Source: Marsupella aquatica
Lineage: Eukaryota; Plantae; Marchantiophyta
Assembly: GCA_973895155.1 (NCBI GenBank)
Contig: OZ316899.1
Location: forward strand, 62,001 to 126,000
Direction of reading: 5' to 3'
DNA: 64,000 bases
The notes beneath the pieces are model-generated. The model made no database searches. It worked only from the letters and a program-made list of their open reading frames with translations, and was not told the DNA's origin. Both the position numbers and the translations under genes were made by a program. The first letter of the stretch is position 1. The number at the start of each line of letters is the position of its first letter. This document shows positions 38,201 to 52,400 of this stretch, one piece after another.

Positions 38201-40798
38201 ACCAAGTAATGGACGTCCATGAGCTTGCCTCTTTGGTTCCGCGATGAACGGTATAACTGGTTCAGCGTTTGACACTTGCTTTCTCTTCAAATTCCTCACT
38301 GTACATTCCAACTCTTCAACCTTTGCAAGAGCTATGTGCAATTGGTCATCCTTGAATTTTAATTCTACTTTCTGAGTCGAAATTATTTGTTGCAAGTCTA
38401 CATTCTTGCCCAATCTACAATGCACCTGTTCAAGCTCTGCCATTGTACGCTCTAAGTCCAATTTCAAAGACTCCACGTTAGTGCGCTGAGTATTGCGTTC
38501 GGCAGTGCACTTTGCTACCTCATTTCTCAGTTCCCCCATGCACATTTTGTTCTCCTTCAAAGCTTTGTGAGCAATTGCGTATTCCGCCTTCAGCCTTGTC
38601 TGTTCTACAAGTGCTCATTGAAGGTCTTCCAACTTGCTCTGTGACTCTAATCTGAACAACTGAAGTTGTGTGCTCACATCATCTCGTTGTTTAGTGCACC
38701 CTGCAAGTTCACTTTCCAATTCTTCCATGCGCATTTGGATATCCTTCAAAGCACATTCAGCACCTAAACATGATTCCATGCGCACTGCCTGCTCTACAAC
38801 CTTCCGTTGAACATCTTCAAACTTGCAGTCTGACGACAATTTCAACAACTCAAGTTCATTGATCGCGGCATCTCGTCCTGCAACACACCTTTCAAGGTCA
38901 GCACTCAATTCTGCCATGCGCGATTGGTCCTCCTTCCAACCTTGTTCAGCAGCTTGGTAATTGTCATTGCGCTTTGTCACCTGCACAAGCTTTTCTTCAA
39001 GGTCTTTCAACTTCCATTGTGACTGCAATTTGAACTCTTCAAATTCGCTGGTGACCGCATCTCGTTCTGCAGTGCCCATTTGAAGTTCAGCACTCAATTC
39101 TGCCATGCGTGATTGGTCCTCCTTCCAACCTTGTTCAGCAGCTTGGTATTCGTCATTGCGCTTTGTCACCTGCACAAGCTTTTCTTCAAGGTCTTTCAAC
39201 TTGCATTGTGACTGCAATTTGAACTCTTCAAATTTGCTGGCGATAGCATCTCGTCCTACGGTGCCCATTTGAAGTTCAACACTCAATTCTGCCATGCACG
39301 ATTGGTCCTTCTTCCAACCTTGTTCAGCAGCTTGGTATTCGTCATTGCGCATTGTCACCTGCATAAGCTTTTCTTCAAGGTCTTTCAACCTGGACTGTGA
39401 CTGCAATTTGAACTCTTCAAATTCGCTAGTGACCGCATCTCGTTCCGCAGTGCCCATTTGAAGTTCAGCACTCAATTCTGTCATGCACGATTGGTCCTCC
39501 TTCCAACCTTGTTCAGCAGCTTGGTATTCGTCATTGCGCTTTGTCACCTGCACAAGATTTTCTTCAAGGTCTTTCAACCTGCATTGTGACTGCAATTTGA
39601 ACTCTTCAAATTTGTTGGTGATCGCATCTCGTCCTGTAGTGCCCATTTGAAGTTCAACACTCAATTCTGCCATGCGTGATTGGTCCTCCTTCCAACCTTG
39701 TTCAGCAGCTTGGTATTTGTCATTGCGCATTGTCACCTGCACAAGCTTTTCTTCAAGGTCTTTCAACCTGCATTGTGACTGCAATTTGAACACCTCAAAT
39801 TCTCTGGTGACCGCATCTCGTCCTGCATTGCACATTTCTTGTTCAACACTCAAATTTGCCATGCACGATTGGTTCTCATTCCAACCTTCTCCAGCATCTT
39901 CATATTCGTCATTTTGCATTGTCTGTGCCGTCAACTCCCCTTCAAGGTCATCAATCCTGCCTTCTAACTTTGATTCCGATGACTGAAGTTTACATTGAAT
40001 AGGTTGAGGTTGGGTTTCCCTTCTTGTAGTACCCTCGTTGCCAACATTTGGCCCCGATATAAGGCTTTCCCATGAAAATCCCCAATGTAGCAGCAACTGT
40101 GTAATAGCAGTCCCACAATAAGCGGGGAACGCCTTTGACTCACGAACATTCCTCATACCCTGAAGGTGTTTCTTGAATTTACTTATTTCCAAAGCCAATT
40201 CATCGTAAACTAAATCACTCCAATCTGGTAGCAATTTTGGCACAGGGCCTGCTAGTCTTTTTCCCTTCGGCAAAGTACCACACAAATACCAGTAGAAATA
40301 ACTCAATTGTTTCGCTGATAACTGTGAAGGCTTCTCCTTACCCAGCAGAATTTCCTGCACCACTCTAATTGCCCCAGACCATCTATCATACGGAGCTCTC
40401 AAAAGCTTTAAACTATAGGGATTCCCTCTTATTCGTGGACGAACAAACAAATCATTGAATTCAGGACAGTGCATTCTCTGCCTATACTTGGCAAATGTAC
40501 CAGATGGCAGCTTGAATGCCGCACGTAACACATCTTGTGTGATTTTCAATGAACATCCTCGGAATTCACTGGATTTTGATGCATAATCAAATCCCAACAC
40601 AAACTCCTTCACCCCACATACGGCTGTTATGTTGTAATCAATCCCAAAAGTTTGTTGCAGACCAAGGTTGAAAATCATTGACGATCGAGTTGGATCACCT
40701 CCCACCAAACTGCGAATTCGTTTCGGTGTGCAGGAATGCCACAACGTTCCAGTGCCGCCTGTTTCAATTCCAACCCACGGATTGTCAAAATGTTCCAC
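35249..40798 (-). pseudogene. Pseudogenised copy of the coiled-coil/SNF2-RING chimeric gene
   Basis: The exon structure matches copy 1, but there is a CGA>TGA nonsense change at 38615-38617 and a 1-bp deletion (AAA vs AAAA) at ~35931-35933 between RING and HELICc. It has 5 rather than 8 189-bp units (38876-39820). Confidence 0.92.
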
Positions 40799-43700
40799 AT
40801 ATCATCACTAAACCGCAATGCAAAATTCAACTATATGCAATGACGACCAACTATTAAGTATTGTAATCCAAACCTTCCTTTTCCACCTCCTTGTAGGGCT
40901 GGACCTCGTCGTAAGGTGACTCTGCCTTGTCCTCCATGTTTTGGATCTACTGTGCTTGAAATTCACTTCTGTCGTATGAAAGGTAGTCCAATTAAGTAAA
41001 CCCTAATCCTATCACCAACACATTGCCGTGAGCAACTCATGAGGCTTACTCGACGGAAGGAGGGTATTGACACGCAAGGAGCCTCTCAAAACATGACAGA
41101 TTCCATTTCTGCAAAGCTGCTTGTTGCTCTATTGGATGCTATCAATCCATGTACTTAAACTTAAACTCCCTGTTGTGAAGAAACATTCCCTTTGTTATGA
41201 AGCGTCTTGTCCAAGTCACTGCCAACCTTTCTGGAATCCGGAAGATGCGAACTAAAATGCTCCTATATTGTCAGCACCCCATAAGCACCAAAGTTGTGCA
41301 TAGTTGGTGCTCGGGTAAAGGGCGTTGTACAGTCCTTCTGTATTACCCGAGCACACTGTGGCTGTGCGTTATAGAATACCCCATCCCTCGTACCCCCCAA
41401 CCTTCAAAATACTGTAATTTGATACATACATACCCTTCGGTGCACATTGACATTGTTTTGCATTACCCCAGAACATGGTGGCTGTGGGTTTTGGAAAACC
41501 CCATCCCTCGTACCCCCCAACCTTTAAAATACTGTAATTTGATAATACATGTACCCTTTGGAACACATTGGCACTTGTATTACCTCATGGTGGTTGTGCG
41601 TTTTGGAATACCCCATCCCTCGTACCTCAACCTTCAAAATACTGTAATTTGATACATACATACCCTTCAAAGCACATTGGCACTTGCATTACCCGAGCAC
41701 TTGGTGACTATGCGTTTTGGAATACCCCATCCCTTGTACCCCCCAACCTTCAAAATACTGTAATTTGATATATACATACCCTTCGGAGCACATTGGCACT
41801 TGCATTACCCCAGCACATGGTGGCTGTGCGTTTTGGAATACCCCATCCCTCGTACCCCCCAACCTTCAATACTGTAATTTGATACATACGTACCCTTCGG
41901 TGCACATTTACATTTGCATTACCCCAGCACATGGTGGCTGTGCATTTTGGAATACCCCATCCCTCATACCCCTCAACCTTCAAAATACTGTAATCTGATA
42001 TATACATACCCTTTGGAGCACATTGGCACTTGCATTACCCCAGCACATGGTGGCTGTGAGTTTTGGAATACCCCATCCGTCGTACCCCCCAACCTTCAAA
42101 ATACTGTAATTTGATATATAGATACCCTTTGGAGCACATTGGCACTTGCATTACCCCAGCACATGGTGGCTGTGCATTTTGGAATACCCCATCCGTCGTA
42201 CCACCCAACCTTCAAAATACTGTAATTTGAAACATACATACCCATCCGAGCACATGGACATTTGCATTACCCCAGCACATGGTGGCTGTGCATTTGGAAT
42301 ACCCCATCCCTCATACCCCTCAACCTTCAAAATACTGTAATTTGATATATACATACCCTTCGGAGCACATTGGCACTTGTATTACCCCAGCACATGGTGG
42401 CTGTGAGTTTTGGAATACTCCATCCCTCGTACCCCCCAACCTTCAAAATATTGTAATTTGATACAAACATACCCTTTGGAGCACATTGACATTTGCATTA
42501 CCCCAGCACATAATTATATACAAGCCATCCGGATAGTGCACTTGTGATGCTCGTTGAACTCAAATTGCCATCGGAAGCTATATATATGGACAGATTGCTT
42601 GACAGAATTCCACAATTACTTGTTATACTGTATAGTTGATATATTCTTGTGTTCATTTTTCCTGTCCATTTGGAAATTGCACAAATTAACAAAAGTATCC
42701 ATAAAGGTCTGTCATCGTAGAAAGTGATGACATCAAGTCAATTTTGAGCACTCCCTCAAAGGTGTAATTGTTCAGCATTTGTAAATACCTCGCACTATAT
42801 ATCACGACTGTACACATTGAATTAGTTCTACTCAGCCATTTCCCATGTCCAAATTTGAATGGTGACACTTTTGATACTAACGGAGTTTAAAGGTTTCAAC
42901 ATGAATGCCATTGCTGCAAAAATGTTTAACCGGAAATGTTATGGGAGTTTACGGTTTAACCGGAAATGTTATGGGAGCCTACGAGCAACGAGCACATTAA
43001 GGAACCAGATTGAAGACGGGCAATAGGAATTCTAGAAGCCCAATACTTCCCGACCATAATACCATCCCAACCATGGCGCAGAAGGGAATTTGAAGGCGGC
43101 AAGCACATTAAGGAACCAAATTGAAGGCGGACAGGAATTCTAGAAGGCCAATGCTTCCCAACTATAATACCAGCCCAACCATGGCGTTGAAGGGAATTTG
43201 AAGAAAGTGATGACGTCAAGTCAATTTTAAGCACTCCCTCGGAGGTGTAATTGTTCAGCATTTGTAAATACCTCGCACTATATATCACGACTGTACACAT
43301 TGAATTAGTTCTAATCAGCCATTTCCCACATCCAAATTTGAATGGTAACACTTTTGATACTAACGTAGTTTAAAGGTTTCGACATGAATGCTATTGCTGC
43401 AAAAATGTTTAACCGGATATGTTATGGGAGTCGACTACGGTTTAACCAGAAATGTTATGGGAGCTAATCAGCCATTTCCCACGTCCAAAATTGAATGGTG
43501 ACAGTGCTTTTGATACTAACGGAGATTAAAGGTTTCAACATGAATGCTATTGCTGCAAAAATGTTTAACCGGATATGTTATGGGAGTCGACTACGGTTTA
43601 ACCAGAAATGTTATGGGAGCTAATCAGCCATTTCCCACGTCCAAAATTGAATGGTGACACTTTTGATACTAACGGAGATTAAAGGTTTTGACATGAATGC

Positions 43701-45659
43701 TATTGCTGCAAGAATATTTAACTGGAAATGTTATGGGAGTCGACTACGGTTTAACCGGAAATGTTATGGGAGCTAATCAGCCATTTCCCACATCCAAAAT
43801 TGAATGGTGACACTTTTGATACTAACGTAGTTTAAAGGTTTCGACATGAATGCTATTGCTGCAAAAATGTTTAACCAGAAATGTTATGGGAGTCGACTAC
43901 GGTTTAATCGGAAATGTTATGGGAGCTAATCAGCCATTTCCCACGTCCAAATTGAATGGTGACACTTTTGATACTAACGGAGATTAAAGGTTTTGACATG
44001 AATGCTATTGCTGCAAAAATGTTTAACCGGAAATGTTATGGGAGTCGACTACGGTTTAACCGGAAATGTTATGGGAGCTAATCAGCCATTTCCCACGTCC
44101 AAAATTGAATGGTGACACTTTTGATACTAACAGAGATTAAAGGTTTCAACATGAATGCTATTGCTGCAAAAATGTTTAACCGGAAATGTTATGGGAGTCT
44201 ACGGTTTAACCGGAAAATTATGTTATGGGAGCCTACGAGTGACGAGCACATTAAAGAACCAGATTGCAGACGGGCAATAGGAATTCTAGAAGACCAAATG
44301 AATACTTCCCAACCATAATACCAGCCCAACCATGGCACAGAAGGGAATTTGAAGGTGAAGAGCACATTAAGGAACCAGGTTGAAGGTGGGCGGCAGGAAT
44401 TCTAGAAAGCCAATCTTTTCCGACTAAAATACCACCCCAACCATAGTGCAGAAGGGAAGGGTCTGTCGGCAATTTGAATTACTTGTTCCCAGGCTGCTGC
44501 CAAGTGCAAGCAAGCGTGGACGTGGGTTCCCACTTTAGTTAGACAAACCATATGGAAGAAATTCATTGAACGTGGGACGAACGAAAGTATTGTGCTTGCA
44601 AAAAGAATAGAGACAGTTTGTGTCTATCCCAACTTCATATTCTCGTTGCTATTGGCAACAGAGAAGAAGATTTAATTGCACAATGAATTGGTAATACAGA
44701 GCGTACAATGGTTTTGGTGGGGACAGTTGCCAACTCAATAACTTTGAGCTTTTAACTATGTTATTACCTAATTATCGCTGAAAGTGCTCAGACAATAAAT
44801 GTTCACCTATTGCCATAAAGTATAAACATTGTGCACGTTCAGTTCCGCTACTTGAATTTACTAAATCAAATTGGCAAGTGTTGGATTACACATCACTTCC
44901 CAAGTTAAAGCAACTTAAATTAGCTGGAGTGAGGGTCGCCACCTATTGGAATTTGGAAATGGAGTGCTTCTTGTGCACCACCATCAGCTTTGCCTCGGCT
45001 GACTTTTGGTGTAGTCCTCCCATCAAGCGTGCACAGCCCCTGAGACACGAATTGCAGCTCATGAGCTTCAAACGCTCTACAAGCATTACAAGCATTTGTG
45101 TGGCAATTCTAATGGTTGTCGTGAGCAATTGAAGGATAGACTTATACTGTAGATAATAATGCCGGCAGCCCCATCCCAATTTCCTCATTCCAATCAGTAG
45201 TGTGCTCTGGTTTATTCCACAGCTCTTGTGGGGCCCGATAGAAACTTCCAACCATGGTAACTCAAATGAGCAAGAAGCAGAAGAGGTATTCATCAATTTG
45301 ACTAACCGGTGTTGCGACAACGCTCGCTTGAAAGGACTCAAACAATTCCAATGCCAATTTTCAAGTGGCTCGCTCAGCCACTCGCTGCGAAGTTGCGCAG
45401 CTACCTTCAGTTCTGCTGTTGCATGAAGACACGGAATTGGCCAAAAAAATTGCAAACAGTTATGTGAAGGAGAAACGATGCAGGTGGGGCAAGTCAATGG
45501 CCCGGGCCAAACTCAAAGCATCGATTCAGAGCTTGAAAGCGAACAAAATGGCAGCTAACTAAAAAGTTTTGCTGTGGTGGGTGTGTTGACCTCGCCACAC
45601 AACAACTCACGGGACAGCAGGGTGAAACAAGTTATAAAAGTTAAGTTCCAAGATTTTTG

Positions 45660-45928
45660 GCACTTAACTTTCCAGTGAAGTACTCATAAAATGACGGACA
45701 CTAACTAGAGATCGTTAGTGATTTTAACTATCAGATTTAACTATGAGTGCGAGTTGAGCCGGCAGGAACCCTGCGCCTGTTTTCTTTTGATTTAACAGGA
45801 TTATTTAGTTGAAAAGATAACCCACCCTAAGAAAATTAACTAGGCGCAGGGAGGTTCTGGACAGCCCAAATGTCTATTTTTACTTAGAATCTCATGTTGA
45901 GCGAGTATTTAACCAAAAAGTTAAGTGC
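45660..45928. mobile_element. Possible MITE / foldback remnant (~270 bp)
   Basis: Imperfect terminal inverted repeats GCACTTAACTTTccagtgaagTACTC and GAGTAtttaaccaaAAAGTTAAGTGC, with internal inverted CCCTGCGCCT / AGGCGCAGGG. No clear TSD. Confidence 0.45.
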
Positions 45929-48900
45929 AAACACACATGGAACTTATCTTTTTTCACCCCCGCACTCACATAAATGTTTGTCGTGGTAGAAGAGCAGAGA
46001 GCCAGAGCCACGCACTCTTTCAGTCCCACTTTGTCTTGGCTTGGGTTTGTTACTTACTATGCTCCATGTTGACAACATTCCCTACTCCTTGTTCCTCCTC
46101 GGACCCAATGACATCAGACTTTTAACATGACGGGTTTTTCAGTTAGAACTGGGGATAGGAGAAAAATTTGTCTTTAATCAATGCAAATGATCAGAACAAC
46201 CACACATTCAAGCACATAATTATATACAAGCCATCTGGATAGTGCACTTGTGATGCTCGTTGAACTCAAACTGCCATCGGAAGCTATGGACAAAATGCTT
46301 GATAGAATTACACAATCACTTGTTATACATAGTTGATATATTCCTGAATTCATTTTTCCTGTCCACTTGGAAATTGCACAGATTAATAGAAGTATCCATG
46401 AAGGTCTGTCATCGTAGAAAGAGATTTCCAGCAAAAACTTGTAAGAAAATTGCAAGACGTGAGGTGCTCAACAGTTTTTTGTGTCTTGGCCAGTCTTGGG
46501 AGGCCATAGGCATTCGTCTATTTGCAGGACGTTTGTTAGCTTTTTTGGGTTTGCATAGATTACGGTACGGTGGCTACAGAGAGCAAATTGCCCGCCATCG
46601 CTCACGGATATGAAGGAAATGCTAAGTCGAGCAGCAATTCCAACCAGAAGAGAGAAGAGTCAGGTACAAAGGAAGATAGCAGGAGAGCTAGAACTATAAT
46701 GCGACAGAAGTGGCAGTAAGTTAATTTGAAGGTTGCTTTCACGCTCTGTCAAAAATATGAAAAAGTTTTGTCTCGGTATGGCCAGCGCCCACTCGCAGTG
46801 GAAGTCTAAACTGACCTCATTGAAATCTACAAATGTGATCCACCGCCGTGCAACAGAGGCCACCTCCCGTGGACCTGTCCACCAGAAGAATCTTAACCCA
46901 CCTAGTATTCCCACGGCCGACAATGAGGAAATCTTCTGCATCCCCCATGGAGATTCTACAACTGGGTAGCCAACGGATTTTTAGGAATAAGGTGGTACTA
47001 GGCTTTGAATTGGAATTCAATTCCTGGCAGGCTAGAGATTGGCTGTCAACTTTCAACCAGGAGAATGAGATTAAGTTGGGACTCCACGACGAACTGCCTA
47101 AGTAATGCTCTCTTTGTGGTTCAATTCAACGCCAACTTGGGGGAAGACATCCAACGACAACTTCTCCAAAGATCTCCTCTCAAGGCACTTGACAAACATG
47201 CCGTAGTGAATGACTACAAAGCAAACTTTGACCCGTGTAACCAACCAGACTTCAAGCAGTTGGAATCTATCTACATCAAATGGGGCGACCCGGTGATCTA
47301 TGAATTTATCAAGTTCATTGAGGCGCCGGTGGGTAAATTTACTCGGGCTAAGCTAGCCTCCGGTATTGAACATCATCACATTTCAGCTCTGGTGGAATCC
47401 ACACTCAAGATTTTCCCAACGGCTTAGTGACTCCGAGGTGTCTACTATCCTCTTCGACTACGTGGGCAGGAATCTGCGGTCAGTGTTGTTTTTGCTTCTC
47501 CTACAGGCACTTACCGACCGCGTGTTCTGCATCACGGCCCCATTATTTTGACAACCTGGTAACACAATTCAACATTCGTGAAGCAGGAACTCGACATCCC
47601 ACACATCAAAAGGAACGGCCGGATCGCGAGGTCCTACAAGTGTGCCAAGGGGTGGAGTATAAGGCAAGGCAGAAGGCAGCTTTTTGGCAGGCGTAGGCTG
47701 AGGAGCAGCAACAACGGGAGGAAGCTGAATTACAACACCTGGCATTACGGGCCCAAGAGTTTGAGGCGGATCGGGCATAGACCCGGGTGTGGATTAGCAT
47801 TGAGTCTAGAGAGTAAATAATATATCACAACTGTACAGAGTGAATTAGTTCTAATCAGGAAGCCTGGTCTTCTTTAATTTGTATCTCATTTCCCACGTCC
47901 AAAATTGAATGGTGACACATTTGATGCTAACGGAGTTTAAAGGTTTCAACATGAAAGCTATGGGAGTCTACGGTTTAACCGGAAATGTTATGGGAGCCTC
48001 CACTTTAACCAGAAATGTTGTGGGAGTCCATATGCTGAAACTTGGAGACATACCATGCATCGCATGTGAGACACAGCCTTTACATAAGAGTCTTGTATGG
48101 TGGGTTGGACAGTGAAGGCAATTTGGGTCCTAGGAGTGTCTGAATGGAGTTGCAACACAGATGGAGGTGAGTAGCAAGGCATGAATACCGCAACCATGGA
48201 TGTTGTACAGAAGAGAAGCCCCATCACTGCACACTCGGCCTGAAACCACGCCACACCACTGCCACCAGTAAGCATAAAAAATGCAACCATTCGGAAACGC
48301 CTTCGCTCGAAGACTGCATCCAACAACGACTCAAATCCATCACTTGCTGCAATTATTGACAACGTTAGTACGCCATCCAAGCAACACAAGATTCACGATG
48401 CACTGCCACCAGTAAGCATAAAAACCGTAACCATTCGGAAACACCTTCGCTCAAAGACTGCATCCGACAATGACTCTAATCCATCACTTGCTGCAATTAT
48501 TGACGACGTCAGTACGCCATCCAAGCAACCCAAGATTCAAGATGCAGATTGAAGGGAATTTGGAGGTGGCGAGCACAGTCAAGGACCAGATTGAAGGCCA
48601 GCAACAGGAATTCTCGAAGGCCAATGCTTCCCGACCAAAATACCGACCCAACAATAATGCAGAAGGGAATTTGAAGGTGACGAGCACATTTGAAGGGTGG
48701 TACAGGAATTCTAGAAGCATTGACCAAGCTTTGTTTCCTTTGTATTTCTCACGAACCTAATTGAATGGTGACACTTTTGATGCTAACGGAGTCCAATGGT
48801 TTCAACATGAATGTTATAGCTACAAAAGACTTTTATTGGAAATGTTATGGGAGTGCGGGACTACAAGTGAGTCACAATGAATGCTAGTGGTGTATGAACA

Positions 48901-49923
48901 CTTAAAAAATAATGTTATGGGAGCCTACGGCAACCACCCGTAAGTCACCCTAATCAATACTAGCGGAGTTTAAAGGTTTTAATAATAATGTTGTGGGAGT
49001 CCAAATGTTGAAACGTCGAGACCGTGCACTGCATGTAGGAGACCATGCACCGCACTCCCTAAATACCCTGAAATGGCCTAAAGACCGGCCTCATTGTACG
49101 CGCTGTGCAGAGAAGATATATACAGGAGAATGGAGGGAGCCTTGAAAACATCAAGGTATTTTGCCTGTACAACGTGTACATAGCTGCACAATCCAGGTGG
49201 TTGTTCGGTCTGTCCCGCTATGTTACTTATTTCTATTATTAATTCGGGTCTCTCCTAAACTTTGATGCACCCTAAACGTCAATGATGGTCGCCGTTTGAT
49301 GCGACACACCCCAAAACCATAAACTTCAAAGGCTGTTTGCTTTTCTTCCGTCCGGCAGAATGTAGTGCTCGAATTGCAATCGGCCGCCAGTGTGACCGTC
49401 GCATTCCACCTAACCAAGCCCTGTTGGGCAAGTGAGTTTCCGGTCCGGTTTCAGGATTAACAGACTAAGGTAACCACCAAGCAATAAGCCTTACAGCTTT
49501 TGCGGAATTGCTTTTGCCGTTTTTTTCTACACGACATTCTTGTAGAGAAAAGAACAGACGGCACCAGCCCACATTATAGAGTAGAACAACAACCTCCCTT
49601 TGACAGTTGAGCAAAGTTAGGAGGCAAAAGCTGTTCTAAATGTGCCACGGTTGAATTTTCCAATCATTATTGTATTTTCCGTGCGTCTATGTCCACGGGC
49701 AGAAGCAGCCACTCGCTCACCACGCTGTAATAATCATGGCATCATATCGCTTTCACCTAGACCCTCAGGCCGGCCACACCCCGGTCTGGTTCCATCTTAA
49801 ACCCTAAACTTGCCCTCAATCTATACTATATTTTGTAATGAGTGATTTTCCACCGTGTTCTTTCACAGGATGTGAACGCCCTGTGTTTCAAAAAACAATT
49901 TAGATCCGTGTTTAGGGTTTCAT

Positions 49924-50739
49924 ATAGCCCGATGCCCGTGCGTTGCACGAAAGATGTCGAGGTGATTAAAACATGTTGGGATGAGAAAAAGATGCCAAGA
50001 TGATAAAAAATGTCGTGAGAAAAAGGATATTGAACCGACAAAAGATGTGATGTGAGCTTCAATTTAGGCAGGATAATACAATTTTTTATAATGTTTGATT
50101 TGTATTATGTAAACCCATTGCCCGTGTGCTGCACAATTGTCATTACAGCCATTTTATTGTTGCAATCAATTATCATTGTGACCATTTCATTGTTGTGGCC
50201 ATTTCATGTTTGGGGGGCCATTGTGCGCTTGGTCAATATGGTTATTGCAAAAAAGAATTTAGGATTCGGCGTTATTGTAAGTTGAAAGAAATATTGCATA
50301 GAGAGTAAGAAAAAGTAGGAAATATAGTTCAATCTCCCCTCAATAGCCTCTTTTCCACTTCATATAAATAATGTCTTTTCAACTCAAAAAAGTCTAATTT
50401 GTATTGTCCCCTTTCCTATAAGTTTACTTCGGGGTGAATGGGGTAAGCATGTGTCCAAAAGTGATGTGGGGTCTACTTAGATTTTCTTGTTAGACCCACC
50501 TACCCATTATAGCCACATGTCACTCACATTCAATTTCCAATACTCTTCATATTGGAATCAATTTAATGGATATCAGTGCCATAGTCCAGGTGTGGGTGGA
50601 AGCACGTGTTTGCCCCAAGCTACAGTAGCACATCCATTATTCTTCTCACCAGATCTAATGGACGGGAATATTTAAGTTTTAAATCCAAGGGTCATAATAA
50701 GTACCCTCCAAAACTGCAATTTGTAAGCAGACGATAAGA
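49924..50739 (-). mobile_element. Non-autonomous Helitron-like element (family copy A)
   Basis: On the minus strand the 5' end is TCTTATCGTCTGCTTACAAATTGCAGTTTTGGAGGG. The 3' end is ACATCTTTCGTGCAACGCACGGGCATCGGGCTAT, a hairpin followed by a mutated CTAG. It is an inverted homologue of 53980-54797 and about the same length. Confidence 0.7.
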
Positions 50740-50772
50740 AAAAACAAAAAACAGAATTGTGTAGTATAGCGA

Positions 50773-50796
50773 ATAGATAGATAGATAGATAGATAG
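50773..50796 (+). repeat. (ATAG)6 microsatellite
   Basis: atagatagatagatagatagatag. Confidence 0.95.
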
Positions 50797-50902
50797 TGCC
50801 CCCCGACTCGACCCTCGCGTAGGCAGATTCTAGGTTGTATGGTGTACTTTAAGTTATTGCCGAAGGGGTGGAGCACAGGGAAGCAGCAAACCCAAGCCAA
50901 GA

Positions 50903-52400
50903 TTATGTATCCGGACTTACTAGTCTTCTCCCTTGATGAGTGCCTATGGCTCCCGACCACTCGAAGAAACGCAACATAAACCTGATTCGCACCGGGATGT
51001 CATACCATATCATCTCACAATCGTCCAGACGAATGGCCCTCTTGTTGATCCCAGCTGCAGGCAAAATAATACGAAGGGTTTCTAAACCCATAGCTTCATT
51101 GACCTCAATAATCAATACTTTCACTAACTCTGGAATATTATAGTCCACCCTAAATTTTGATAGTGTACTTTTGGGAAATTGTATGCTTTTTAGATAAGGC
51201 TTTTCTTCCAGATACTTCAGCAGCAATTTTGGAAACCCTAAACCCTACACCTTTTGAGACATAACATAAGAAAAGGGGCTAAGGTCCACAGGGGATTCCT
51301 TGAAGTAAGTCGTTAACTTCAACGGAATGAGGAATTTTTTTAGAGAGAGACCAGCCACGAAAAGCCACACCACAAGGGGGAACCCTAACCCTAAACCCTA
51401 AGCCATTTTATCGATGCCTACATTGAGCACATGGAACTCCGCTTTGCTGAACAAGTACTTCCACAATCCGTTTAGCAAAGACCATCTGAAAAGCACAAGC
51501 CACCTAACCAGCCCTAGTACATTGTTGTGCATACAAGAATTCTACATGTCTTGTTGTCAGGGAGGAGTATGATAGACAGAGGACTTTGCACAGGCCGTTC
51601 ATCCGCACTCGAGAGCGAGTCGCTCTCCTTCACCAACACACGCAATAGGAGAAGGCATCGTGAAAACAAAGGCTTCTCTATACTCTCTCCTCCCATACCA
51701 CACGCAGAGGGAGAAAGAATCGAGTGTATGGATAGATCTGGCAAGGTAAGATTGATTCCCATTTTTGGAAACAACTATACCCTATTTCTGGTGGTGATAG
51801 GGTATTCTACACACCTTCCCCCCTCTCATGACATAAAAGAGAAAATTGAAATTTAGCTTTTTGAAAAATAACTAAATAGATATTCTTCACAATTATACAC
51901 ACTCATTTTAGCTGTATAGGGTGGAGAGTATTAATAATTATACTTCCTTCAAATAATACAAATGCCTTTAACATGCAACGAGTAAACCCTAAAACCCTAT
52001 TAAATATTCATGTCTGACAAATTAACTTTGTTGTTGTTAATTTGTGCACTCACAATTATTATCACTTATTGTCTAGCTTGCCTCCTTCGGTTACACTGAT
52101 TTCTAGGTGATCCAAGGTGGGAGACTGGGAGTAAACTATAACATAAATCCAATGCTAAGCCATGAGAGATGTGCTTAGTAGACCCCCTTCTGGAAAAAGC
52201 TTGCTTAATCAACCCCCTGCTTACTTTTCCCCAGTCTGGACCGTTGATAGACATTTCGATTTCAGATCTGGACCGTTCATAGACCTCAGGGGGTCGATCA
52301 TTAGGGAATTGTTCCCAGCAAATCTCATTAGGTAAAGGGACAATTTTGTTTTCAGTTTTGGCCGGACTAAGTATTTTAGTTGAAGATAGATAGGTGATTT
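50903..52400 (-). pseudogene. Possible fragmented protein-coding gene of unknown function
   Basis: Two protein-like ORF segments (LKYLEEKPYLKSIQFPKSTLSKFRVDYNIPELVKVLIIEVNEAMGLETLRIIL...; IVPLPNEICWEQFPNDRPPEVYERSRSEIEM...). No family was recognised and no splice model could be confirmed. Confidence 0.3.

Larger units (their letters stand above)
28962..49126. repeat. ~20 kb segmental repeat, copy 2
   Basis: Collinear with 8256-27906. It has 567 bp less coding repeat, plus extra segments of 796 bp (~45364-46160) and 365 bp (~46782-47146). Confidence 0.97.
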
